Positions 38,799 to 49,399 of a stretch of DNA of 64,000 nucleotides are shown here, piece by piece; position 1 is the first letter of the stretch, and every line of letters begins with the position of its first letter. The stretch covers positions 139,869 to 203,868 of the forward strand of contig NW_005434554.1 in NCBI RefSeq assembly GCF_000315625.1, read 5' to 3'. The notes under the pieces are model-generated. The model did no database searches, was not told where the DNA came from, and worked only from the letters and a program-made list of their open reading frames with translations. Position numbers and translations under genes: made by a program. The stretch comes from Guillardia theta CCMP2712. Lineage: Eukaryota; Protista; Cryptophyta.

Positions 38799-39042
38799 TT
38801 TCTCCTCCACTCGTGATCGTGAGATGCGTGATCGTGGAGGGTGGTCCTAGTGTAGGCGCTGATATCATCTTACCTAAGGGTATCCGGGTTGCTCTGCGAG
38901 CAGCGGGTGATACTTCGTATTGAAGAGCAGGATAGGGTGGGGTTGGTGCAAGGGAGCTGGGTGGGGCTGTGGGTGGGGTGGAAGCGATGATTTTGGTGGG
39001 TCCATGTGCAGGCGGTAAGCTAGGTGCGACGCACAGGATGGA

Positions 39043-40842
39043 ATGAGGGATGAAGGAGGAGGAATGGTGAAGGGAAGAGCTTGTGAACATGAAGAAGCAG
39101 ACGATGGAGGAAGGGAGTGCGAAGAGAGTGATCTGAAAGAGGAGTGCGCACACCGTGAGGAACCACAAACTTGCCATGAAGGATGTAACGGCCAGGAGAA
39201 GATCCCGAGCCAATCTTGTCAGCTCTGCTCCGTGCTAGCCTACTGCTGCTTTGTCTGCCTCAAGCCCTCAAAGAATAAAGAAAAATGCAAGGATGAGAAG
39301 CTCTGCCCAGGCGGACTACAGCACAACTCAAAGGATCAATGCATCCAGCTTCTTCAAGCAAAAGGCAACGAGATCCTCGAGACATTCCTACAGGCGAATT
39401 TGACGAAAGAAGAACTCAAGCGCTTCATACAAGAGCATAAGATGAATAGACGGGCTTGTTCGAATGGCCGAGGAGTACTTCTCACAGGAAGCAAGCGAGA
39501 GCTGATTGCTGGGATTGCCAAGGAGCTAGAACAATGCGAGCATGACTGGCCTTGTTCGGTTACTATAGTCGGTCAAGATAATGTCAGACCGATTTTCGTG
39601 CGACGCAGGCTATCTCAGGCAGAGCGAAAGCACATCTTGCAAAAGACCGACGGGTACTGCTATCTCTGTAGTCGCCCTATCGCTCCGGGATCGCTATGGG
39701 ACGCGGACCATGTTCTTGCTTTCGTTCACAACCCCGAGAGGAACGACGTCGTCGGCAATATGCTCCCTGCTCATCCGAGCTGCAACCGCTCCAAGGGATG
39801 CCGCTCCCTCACCTGGTGCGCCAAGAACTTATCTATCTCCACCAAGGTGATAGAGAACATCGGCTCGAACGTCGCCACGTTCGTGAAGGACGAACTGCAC
39901 GATGCACTGAAGCTGAAGCACCGGTTGAAGAAGACCTCAGACAAGACCACGGAGCAGGCTTTGATTGACGCCAAGGAGGACGAGGGCTTGATCCACGAAA
40001 TCTGCGACGAGCTACAGGGGCTCGTCAAGAGGGGAATCGACATGTCAAAACAAGTCCGCTTCATTGAAGATGGTGAGGTGAAGGGGGCTCTCGTTGCGAT
40101 AGTCAAGGGCGGATCCTCCAAGGTGTACAAGAGCAAGGTGACCATTGGCGGCGAGGATATCGTCTGTGCACTCAAGGATGTGCGTCAAGACCGCGAGAAA
40201 CTCGAGCGAGAAGCCTACATGCTTGAGAGGTGTCGGCATGAGCATGTGGTGAAGTGCTACGGGATCATCGCGCTCAAGGGCGACATCCCCCAACAAGTCC
40301 TCGTGCTCGAGTACATCGACTTCACGTTGGCGGAAGAGGGCAGCGGCAAGGGGCCGAGCGGCCGGGAGATCTTCTGGAGGGAAGCGGTCAAGTCGGTCTC
40401 AGCTCTTGCTCGTGCCATACGACACGTGCACCGAATGCAGGTGCTCCACCGAGACATCAAGCCTGCCAACGTGCTGGTGAGCAAGCGGGGCGACGTCAAG
40501 CTTGCAGACTTCGGGGAGAGTCTCCTCTCAGACGATAGCGAGATCGCTCCCATCGTCGGAACGGAAGGCTACGTCGCACCGGAGCTGGAAAACCTCGGGG
40601 CAGTGCACAGCTGCGCCTCGGACGTGTACAGCTTTGCCAAGACGTTAGAGACCTCAGGCCTCAAGTTTCTCATCGACGTGCGGGAGGATGCCTTGTTCTT
40701 CAAAGCACTGACGGCAGAATGCACCGTACGCAATCCTGATGCGAGGTTGACAATGGATGCCGTGGTAGCCAGGCTCGAACAGTATGAGGCGGAAGAAAAC
40801 AGAACCATGCAGAGCCAACCATTGAGGGGAATCAGCGTATGA
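39043..40842 (+). CDS. Cys-rich / SAP-like / HNH endonuclease / Ser-Thr protein kinase fusion, copy 1 (intronless ORF)
   Basis: CQLC..CCFVC..C..C..H..C cluster; SAP-like LTKEELKRFIQEH...LTGSKRELIAGI; HNH GYCYLC...DADHV...GNMLPAHPSCNRSKG; kinase CALK, EREA, HRDIKPAN, DFG, GYVAPE, SDVYSF. Confidence 0.9.
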   Translation: MRDEGGGMVKGRACEHEEADDGGRECEESDLKEECAHREEPQTCHEGCNGQEKIPSQSCQLCSVLAYCCFVCLKPSKNKEKCKDEKLCPGGLQHNSKDQCIQLLQAKGNEILETFLQANLTKEELKRFIQEHKMNRRACSNGRGVLLTGSKRELIAGIAKELEQCEHDWPCSVTIVGQDNVRPIFVRRRLSQAERKHILQKTDGYCYLCSRPIAPGSLWDADHVLAFVHNPERNDVVGNMLPAHPSCNRSKGCRSLTWCAKNLSISTKVIENIGSNVATFVKDELHDALKLKHRLKKTSDKTTEQALIDAKEDEGLIHEICDELQGLVKRGIDMSKQVRFIEDGEVKGALVAIVKGGSSKVYKSKVTIGGEDIVCALKDVRQDREKLEREAYMLERCRHEHVVKCYGIIALKGDIPQQVLVLEYIDFTLAEEGSGKGPSGREIFWREAVKSVSALARAIRHVHRMQVLHRDIKPANVLVSKRGDVKLADFGESLLSDDSEIAPIVGTEGYVAPELENLGAVHSCASDVYSFAKTLETSGLKFLIDVREDALFFKALTAECTVRNPDARLTMDAVVARLEQYEAEENRTMQSQPLRGISV

Positions 40843-41041
40843 CCCTTGCTTCCCTTGGAGTCAAACAAACTTGCGGAGCCCGGCATTCCGTCTTCCGAAG
40901 TAAAGATAAAAAGTCTGAGGCACTGGTAAGATGATCTTAGGGTCCAAAGTTTACCCTAATCAAAAGTCTCCGGAACCACCCTGAGACTAATATTTTCAAA
41001 CAAGAAGTCTCGTCATAGTTCGCTGCAGCAGCTTCAGTTGA

Positions 41042-41640
41042 GGTATAAGCTTGTCTGCCTAATAACAAACCTCGAGGCTTTCTCCTTGTGTCCACTCCTC
41101 CTCGGTCTCCTCCTCTCGCCCTCTGCCTAAGCTTTGAGCATTGACGAAGACTCCCCTCCTCCTGTGAGGGGCATCAGCCTCGTCATCCACATGTCACGAA
41201 AGGTCAGGTCACTTGTTCCTCGCACAGCGTCTATGCTTCCCCATCCCCCGCAGTACAGACACCCGTAGATCTCCGCTCTCTTCGCTCCCGTCCTCCTGGC
41301 TGTCAGTAGCCTGCGATCCTGCGCAACGTCGTCTGTCAGGAGGGACTTGCTTGCTTGACAGCAGCTTCACCCGAGCACCACTCTGCATCGCGACCCACGA
41401 CAGGAAAACAACTATGACGGAAGAGAGGGTTTCGAGCGAAGGCCCAGTGGGAAGCTACGTAGCTGGCGAGGGAGGATGGACGCATGTCATGCCATCGACG
41501 TATGCTGCAGTTAGGATGCCTAAGTACTCTCCTCCCTGTGACTCCTTGGGCGCTACGTCTCTGCTCCACCAGCCTCGGACCAACACTGCGAGCAACCAAC
41601 TCCATCCCATGTATGTCTTTATCTGCCGAGACAGCGCTGG
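41042..41640 (-). pseudogene. Deleted, fragmentary duplicate of the EXD2-like gene
   Basis: Co-linear pieces match ~36777-36840, ~37188-37248, ~37806-37960 and ~38130-38362, with large internal deletions; it retains VVGRDAEW. Confidence 0.8.
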
Positions 41641-42019
41641 TTAGATCAGCTCCTGCTCTACCTCTATACGGATCATTCTTATCTCGTATCCGTATGACGA
41701 CATGGTCGTTACCACCAGACGCAATTTCAGAGTAACCACGGAGCTGGTAGACCACCTTGGTGCAACAAACTGTTTTGGGGTTATACCACCCCACCCCAGG
41801 TACTAGGTGGATGAAAGTACCCGTCAGTCAGCTGTACCCCAGTAGTCTCCCAGTCAGTTACTACGATTAGCAGCACAGACTTCTTGGAGGGGGGGTACGT
41901 CGTAATGGAGGGGTGAGGGTGTTAGGAGTGAGAGAGATGTGGGGTATTGGTGGGGTAATAAGAGGTAAATTAGGGGACTGATGTGAGATGGGGTATTACG
42001 AGTAGGTGGGGTTGTATGA

Positions 42020-43939
42020 ATGCTGGGGTCCCTGGTGATAGCATGCGGACAGTTACAAGTCAGGCACGAAGGAGAACGCATGGAGAAGAGAGAAGCCTGC
42101 GAAGGAGACGGAGAGGTGAAGGAGAAGGGGAAGAAGAAGAAGAAAGATGAGGAGGAGGAAGAGGAGGAGGAGGAGAAAGATGATGATGTTGAGGAGAAGA
42201 AAGATGAGGAGGAGAAGAAGGAGGAGGAGAAGAAAGATGTGGAGGAGATGGAAGAGAAGAAAGATGACGAGGAGAAGGAGCAGGGGAAGAAGGAGGGGAA
42301 AAGCATCAAAGAAAGGAAACAAACTTGTGAATCCGAGAACGAATCTTGCCTGCTCTGCTCCGTGCTAGCCTACTGCTGCTTTGTCTGCCTCAAGCCCTCA
42401 AAGAATAAAGAAAAATGCAAGGATGAGAAGCTCTGCCCAGGCGGACTACAGCACAACTCAAAGGATCAATGCATCCACCTCCTCCAAGCAAAAGACAGAT
42501 TGACCCTCGAGACATTCCTAAAGGCGAATTTGACGAAAGAAGAACTCAGGCGCTTCATACGAGAGCATAAGATGAAAAGGATGGAATGTCCGAATGGCCG
42601 AGGAGTACTTCTCACAGGAAGCAAGCGAGAGCTGATTGCTGGGATTGCCAAGGAGCTAGAACAATGCGAGCATGACTGGCCTTGTTCGGTTACTATAGTC
42701 GGTCAAGAGGATGTCAAACCGATTTTCGTGCGACGCAGGCTATCTCAGGCAGAGCGAAAGCACATCTTGCAAAAGACCGACGGGTACTGCTATCTCTGTA
42801 GTCGCCCTATCGCTCCGGGATCGCTATGGGACGCGGACCATGTTCTTGCTTTCGTTCACAACCCCGAGAGGAACGACGTCGTCGGCAACATGCTCCCTGC
42901 TCATCCGAGCTGCAACCGCTCCAAGGGATGCCGCTCCCTCACCTGGTGCGCCAAGAACTTATCTATCTCCACCAAGGTGATAGAGAACATCGGCTCGAAC
43001 GTCGCCACGTTCGTGAAGGACGAACTGCACGATGCTCTGAAGCTGAAGCACCGGTTGAAGAAGACCTCAGACAAGACCACGGAGCAGGCTTTGATTGACG
43101 CCAAGGAGGACGAGGGCTTGATCCACGAAATCTGCGACGAGCTACAGGGGCTCGTCAAGAGAGGAATCGACATGTCAGAACAAGTCCGCTTCATTGAAGA
43201 TGGTGAGGTGAAGGGGGCTCTCGTTGCGATAGTCAAGGGCGGATCCTCCAAGGTGTACAAGAGCAAGGTGACCATTGGCGGCGAGGATATCGTCTGTGCA
43301 CTCAAGGATGTGCGTCAAGACCGCGAGAAACTCGAGCGAGAAGCCTACATGCTTGAGAGGTGTCGGCATGAGCATGTGGTGAAGTGCTACGGGATCATCG
43401 CGCTCAAGGGCGACATCCCCCAACAAGTCCTCGTGCTCGAGTACATCGACTTCACGTTGGCGGAAGAGGGCAGCGGCAAGGGGCCGAGCGGCCGGGAGAT
43501 CTTCTGGAGGGAAGCGGTCAAGTCGGTCTCAGCTCTTGCTCGTGCCGTACGACACGTGCACCAAATGCAGGTGCTCCACCGAGACATCAAGCCCGCCAAC
43601 GTGCTGGTGAGCAAGCAGGGCGACGTCAAGCTCGCAGACTTCGGGGAGAGTCTCCTCTCAGACGATAGCGAGATCGCTCACATCGTCGGAACGAAAGGCT
43701 ACGTCGCACCGGAGCTGGAAAACCTCGGGGCAGTGCACAGCTGCGCCTCGGACGTGTACAGCTTCGCCAAGACGTTAGAGACCTCAGGCCTCAAGTTTCT
43801 CATCGACGTGCGGGAGGATGCCTTGTTCTTCAAAGCACTGACGGCAGACTGCACCGTAGACAATCCTGATGCGAGGTTGACAATGGATGCCGTGGTAGCC
43901 AGGCTCGAACAGTATGAGGCAGACAGTGTTGACCAGTAG
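42020..43939 (+). CDS. Cys-rich / SAP-like / HNH endonuclease / Ser-Thr protein kinase fusion, copy 2 (intronless ORF)
   Basis: Near-identical to copy 1 from ~42342 to ~43920 at a 3130-bp offset, with a different E/K/D-rich N-terminus. All HNH and kinase motifs are intact. Confidence 0.9.
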   Translation: MLGSLVIACGQLQVRHEGERMEKREACEGDGEVKEKGKKKKKDEEEEEEEEEKDDDVEEKKDEEEKKEEEKKDVEEMEEKKDDEEKEQGKKEGKSIKERKQTCESENESCLLCSVLAYCCFVCLKPSKNKEKCKDEKLCPGGLQHNSKDQCIHLLQAKDRLTLETFLKANLTKEELRRFIREHKMKRMECPNGRGVLLTGSKRELIAGIAKELEQCEHDWPCSVTIVGQEDVKPIFVRRRLSQAERKHILQKTDGYCYLCSRPIAPGSLWDADHVLAFVHNPERNDVVGNMLPAHPSCNRSKGCRSLTWCAKNLSISTKVIENIGSNVATFVKDELHDALKLKHRLKKTSDKTTEQALIDAKEDEGLIHEICDELQGLVKRGIDMSEQVRFIEDGEVKGALVAIVKGGSSKVYKSKVTIGGEDIVCALKDVRQDREKLEREAYMLERCRHEHVVKCYGIIALKGDIPQQVLVLEYIDFTLAEEGSGKGPSGREIFWREAVKSVSALARAVRHVHQMQVLHRDIKPANVLVSKQGDVKLADFGESLLSDDSEIAHIVGTKGYVAPELENLGAVHSCASDVYSFAKTLETSGLKFLIDVREDALFFKALTADCTVDNPDARLTMDAVVARLEQYEADSVDQ

Positions 43940-44640
43940 TGTTGTCGTTTTTCTTCACGAAATAAAGGTGACTTGACCCAACTTGGCAACATCATAGTAA
44001 TCAACGGTTTGCGCCGGTGCTGCCCCGGACAGTTTACGGATCCGACATATGTGAGCAGTGCCCGGCCAGTCAGATAGCGCCGAGTTACCAAAACTCTCCT
44101 GTAAACGTTTTGCAGACGAGCCTCGGAGGGCCTCCCCAGCTGTCTTGCTGAGGCTCCCTTTACAGTGTAGAGCCGTACTACGGTACAACAGAAAAACAGG
44201 GGTACTGTAGTGGGGAGGTGGTGTGTCCTTTAAAAAGGGGTCGTCGTTTAACAAAGTCATGCAGACTGCTGAAGCCTCCTTCGCAGCTTTGGATCGATCA
44301 CAGGATGGCAGCCATGACATCTCTGCAGGATCATCACGTCGCTGCATTCCTTGATTGGTACCAAGGGAGTTTGAGCAGCCTTAGTGTAGAGCAAGAGAGC
44401 TAAACAAGGCGGGCCTGGCAATGATACTTTATTGAAGAAGGGCAAACCGGGCCCGGCAAACAAAGGAGGGGGAGGATAAAGCCTACCGTTGAAAACCGCC
44501 TCAATAAAATACTAGGAAACGAAGGAGGCAGCGAAAACCGCTACTCCAACACTACTCAGCTCAGTGACTGCGCGTCACTCAGTCTTCCGTAAGTTCCGCC
44601 GCCGGGGCTCACTGAGTGCCCGCCATGCCGGGATGTTCTA

Positions 44641-44688
44641 CTAGTGACTGAGCTAGTGACTGAGCTAGTGACTGAGCTAGTGACTGAG
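44641..44688. repeat. 12-bp tandem repeat CTAGTGACTGAG x4
   Basis: Exact units at 44641, 44653, 44665 and 44677. Confidence 0.95.
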
Positions 44689-45295
44689 CACTCATGACTC
44701 CGAGGCTGACCGCGTACTCTGTGACTGTGCCACGGTGAGTGAAGACAGCCGCGAGTCATTATCAGTGGGCCCGCCCCGCCGTAGATGGAAAGTGAGGGTG
44801 ATGAAGTTTCGCATCTGCTCGGTGTGGACTTGGGACAAATGGGGGGTAGGGTACAATAGTGGGTGTGTAGAAGGGGTGAGGGGTACTTAAACCTGCTTTA
44901 TGGTTCAGAATATAGTGCAGTCAGTGATATGTATTAAGTTCCACATATATAGAAAGAGGGTAAGGTGTCCACTATGACTCAAGAAAACAGAGTCAGAATT
45001 TGAAGGGGGGGTGGGGTGATCCTAGCTGGGTAGGGGTAGCGTGAAGCAGCGACGAGGCCATGGCTAGCACCGATATGGCAGGTAAGGAGGAGGAAGAGGA
45101 CGATGACAAGGAGCGAAGATGAAGACAAGAACCAGAGAGTGAGGAAGATGAAGAGGATGAGAACAGAGAATGGCAAAGGGCTCGAGGGAGAGAAAGATCG
45201 AAAGGAGGAGGTGAAAGGGAAACGAGCGATAAGCAGCAGTAGAGGTATTGAAATGTGGAGGGCAACTAAGAGAGGAAGAGCTGAGAAAGAACAAG

Positions 45296-47003
45296 ATGGT
45301 TTCAGTGGTGAGGCGGATAGTAATTGTGTGGATGGATCGACAAGGTCTCACCTGGCATCGCAGTGAACGCCTTGGCTGCTGTGGGCCTCTTGGTTCTTCT
45401 CAAAGGAGCGTACAACGTGCTTGCCTTCATGTACACCTCCTTCCTCCGAGGAGCGCAGAACCTGAAGAGACTCGGCTCTTGGGTTGTTGTCACGGTGCGT
45501 GATGGGAGAGCTCTGCTGCCTGCTAGGGATCTGACGGATCGCGTTCGGCCGTGGTCGGTGCAGGGAGCCACGGACGGTATCGGCAAGGCGCTGGCGATGG
45601 AGGCGGCAAAGAAGGGGATGAACGTCGTGATTATCTCCAGGACCATGAGCAAGTTGCAAGAGGTGGAGAAGGAGATCACAGAGAAGAGCAAGGTCAAGGT
45701 GATCTCGGTAAGAAAGATGATGTTTGCTCCTTGCGCTGATACTAACCACTTCTGTTCAGATCGCCTTCGACTTCTCCAGCGCCTCCTCCAACGACTATGC
45801 TTCGCTCAAGACAAAGTTGACGGGGCTCGAGGTCAGGGTTCTTCTCATTCGCATCCTCCATGGCCGGTGAAAATTGTTGTGCTGCGCAGGGTGGAATCGC
45901 CGTCCTGTACAACAATGTCGGAGTTTCTTATGAGCACGCGGAGTACTTCACGGTGCAGCTCGTTGCTTTCGATGCGCACGACCTGCTGACTGTGAGAAGG
46001 ATGTGAGCGAGGAGAGGATCGCTTCGATCCTTGAAGTTAACAATGCTTCCATGCTGAAGATGACCAGAATGGTAGCATCCTCCTCTTTGACCCCTCCCCC
46101 CTNNNNNNNNNNNNNNNNNNNNNNNNNNNNNNNNNNNNNNNNNNNNNNNNNNNNNNNNNNNNNNNNNNNNNNNNNNNNNNNNNNNNNNNNNNNNNNNNNN
46201 NNCCCTCCTCTTGCATTCATTCTCATCTCCAGGTCCTTCCCGAGATGCAGAGCAGGAAGAAGGGCGTCGTTGTGAACGTGGGATCATTCGAAGGGAACAT
46301 TAACGCTCCTTTCTATGCAGTTTACGGCGCCTCCAAGGTGATGAGCTTCACTGACTCTTCTGCATTCTTGCTGTATGACAAGGAGCCTGCCAGGCGTTCG
46401 TCGAGTCCTTCAGCAAGTCCATGAACGTGGAGCTGAGAGGGACTGGAGTGTGTGTGCAGAATCACGTCCCTCACTATGTGGCCACGAAGATGGCGATCCC
46501 CAACGAGAAGAGAAGTAGGAAGGAGCCTCTCTGCATGCAGCGTGCCTGACGGTCTTCTGCAGGGAAGGGAAGCTTCATGACGCCATGGCCGAACCAGTAA
46601 ATCAATGCCACCCTCGTCGATGCCTGATCGTTTGACGTGTATATGCTAGGTGGGCCAAGGCCTCGCTCGCTTGCGTCGGATATGAATCTTACTGCACTCC
46701 CTACTGGCCCCATGCCCTCCAGGTGCTTCATCCTGACCTTTGTCTTATGTCTTCGCTACTTCCTATCTCCTCCTCCTCCTCCTAATACTACCATCACCAC
46801 CACCACCACCTTGTGCATTTCTTTTGCCTCTTTCTCCTCCACGTCCTCAGTCGCTATTTCTTCCAGCCCTGCCGCGTTTCTAATGCCCTTCTCTCACTCA
46901 GGCTGCCATTGCACTCTCGTTGCCTACATGGCTTGTAGACAACATGCGCTACAAACAGAGCAAGCTCGTGAGATCTATCGCTCTTCGGAAGAAGCAGCAG
47001 TGA
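45296..47003 (+). CDS. Very-long-chain 3-oxoacyl-CoA reductase (KCR/HSD17B12-like SDR)
   Basis: WVVVT|GATDGIGKALA, LYNNVG, YAVYGASK (YxxxK), PHYVATKM, TPYWPHALQ; N-terminal transmembrane segment; about 10 introns. Confidence 0.92.
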
Positions 47004-47093
47004 AGCAAGATAGTTGTTGGATGAGGTTTTTCAAATCTTCTCCATCCAGCTTATGTACATGAATGGGAACATTCTTGCAAGCCACACCTCTGA

Positions 47094-48203
47094 TCATTTT
47101 TCAACTTCAAAACGACACACAGGGCAAGTCCGATTTTCCTTGAACCATCCTTTGATGCAATCAGGGTGAAAGAAGTGCTTGCACGGGAGCGTCAAGATCT
47201 TGGCAGCAATCGTCAAATCGACAACACCTCCCTACCGTCCTCACCTTGTCGGTTGTCTCGTATTCACATTGGCAGATATGGCACTTGTCTTTCCGCGCTT
47301 TGGCTCTGTGTATCAACTGCACCGGAAAGCTCCTCATCTTCCTGCCAACCACTCTCACTCGCTCTTCCTCTCCCTCGACCGGAAGCGACCTGTCCGACAC
47401 GCCCCTCTTGACTACATCTTCGTCGAGCATCTGCAGAGCTTGATACTCGTCAAAGTCTTCCGCCGCCCTGCTGTTGCTGTTTCTACTGCCCGCATGCCCC
47501 ACTGCAATCCTGTCAGCCTCCGTCGTCCTCAAGGCTGAGAACTTACTCGAGATCGACCTCGTGACGGAGTTAGCAAAACTAGTCAAACTGGGAAGTAGCA
47601 GTTAGCGAGGGCGCGGCTGAAGTCCTAGAGCAGCGTGTACATGTCAGGAAACCCGTTGAACTCGAGGGGCGGAGCCGGCGCATGGGAGACGTTCCTGCGA
47701 TCTCTCGGAACATCGTTGAGGGGGAGCGAATGGCGGGAGAAGCTCTCAGACAAGGAAGGGTGCATGCTCGCACGAGCTTCATCGAAAGACATCTCTGCGA
47801 ACCTGTGCGATCACCTTCAGCAAGCTACCAGATGCCTCCTGACGTAAACACCTGCTCATAGACAGGTATTCTCCCCCCATGCTCGAAGAACTGCTTCCCT
47901 CCCTCGGTTGATTTCTTCGCTGCGCACTCCGATGCATCTACCTGTCAAGTTGGGCGTGAGCATGAAGCAGCAGGAAGCTCATTCTTCGAATTCTTGCGTT
48001 CTTGCACTCACCGTCCCTGCTTTCATCAAAGGATCGTTACCCCGAATTCCCTGAACTATTTGGCTAACCTTCCTATCCTCTCCCCCTATCTCCCCCTCCT
48101 CCTCTCCCTTAACCTTACCGCCCCCCCCCCCTCTACCTCTCCCAATCTTCATCGCTGCCAGTCTCCTCCTGCTCCCTCTCCTCCTCTCCCTCCCCTCCTC
48201 CAT
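47094..48203 (-). CDS. RING-H2 E3 ubiquitin ligase (start uncertain)
   Basis: CHICQCEY...LPCKHFFHPDCIKGWFKENRTCPVCR across an intron. Confidence 0.85.
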
Positions 48204-48284
48204 GTCGCTTCCATAGCGAGGGCTTCTCGAACAAACTCCTGTTATCATCACCCTCATTCACAATCTCATCCCCCTCGTTCACCA

Positions 48285-49158
48285 ATGGCCTCGGGATGGC
48301 TACAAGGATGGATACTGGTGGCGGCGGTGATGGCGGCGATGAGAGGGGGAGAGCTCGTAGCGGGAGGGAGCGACATCCGGGGAGGAAGCGAGGGCAGGGC
48401 AGGAGCACCAGCCTTCGTCTCCCAGCTGACTCGACAAGGGGTCTGCCATGAACATGAGCAGCCAGTGCGCTGAGAACCTTGCACAGGGAGGCGCGGGGTG
48501 CATGCACATGAGAGCTGAGAGCTCCAGGTATGCTCGTGCTCTCTTGCGATCCATGGCGTTGATTGAGGTGGGGGCAGCAAGCCCTTGAAGCGAGTGGTGG
48601 GAGCTGTCGTCCTACGAGGCGACGAGGTGTTCATGGCGAAACGGCAATCGAGCAAGGTTCGTCTCTTCCGAACCTCCAGCACATGCAGAGGCGTTCTTAC
48701 CTCATTGTGAAGGACTATGGAGGGATGTGGGAGTTTCCTGGGGGGAAGGTGGAGGAGGGCGAAGATGACCAGACAGCCCTGAAACGAGAAATGCAGGAGG
48801 TAACTCTTCTTGGGGGAGTGAGGGAGGATAACGAGCATGATACAGGAGTTCAGCGTCGACTTGCGGGTAGGAGATTTTCTTGCTAGCGGGGATGATGGTC
48901 GGATCGAGCTGTTCTGCTATCTGGTGCTTGAAGAGGGGGAGGGCAGCTCCTGCTGTGGTAACCTCGTGAGCAGGCAGAAATGTTGGGAGACCCTGTCCTG
49001 TCGGAGCATGAGGAATGTCGCTGGGTGGGGTTGGCGGACTTGCAAGACCTGGAGGTGTGTCCTAGTTGGACAGGAGGAGCTGCTGATCACGTGCTTTCAA
49101 GGTGCCGCCAGCAGACAAGCCTGCCATCTCCAGACTTCAGAAGATGCAGAGGAGATAG
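48285..49158 (+). CDS. Nudix hydrolase, MutT/NudG-like, with N-terminal targeting sequence
   Basis: VVGAVVLRGDEVFMAKR, WEFPGGKVEEGEDDQTALKREMQE|EFSV (Nudix box), LSEHEECRWV, PPADKPAI. Confidence 0.9.
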
Positions 49159-49399
49159 GGGGGAGCTTGTGTTGCTGTGAAACAACAAGAAACAGACAGA
49201 ATAAGAACGAGCTGATGCTTACCGGCAGACATCGCAGCAGTTGCAGTGACGATCTTACTCCTGCTGAAGTCATATCCAGCTGTCTTCCTTGCTGTCAGCG
49301 GTGTCGAGAGCTATACGCGCCCCCACTGCCCTTCCTGAGTCGCAGGGTACCTAACTCCTTGTCGCGGAATGGTCGCTGTTCTGTCAAACCTCGTGTCAT

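Noticed and set aside
43955-44463. Partner or immunity ORF downstream of HNH-kinase copy 2
   Set aside because: Only short ORFs without motifs, and no counterpart after copy 1.
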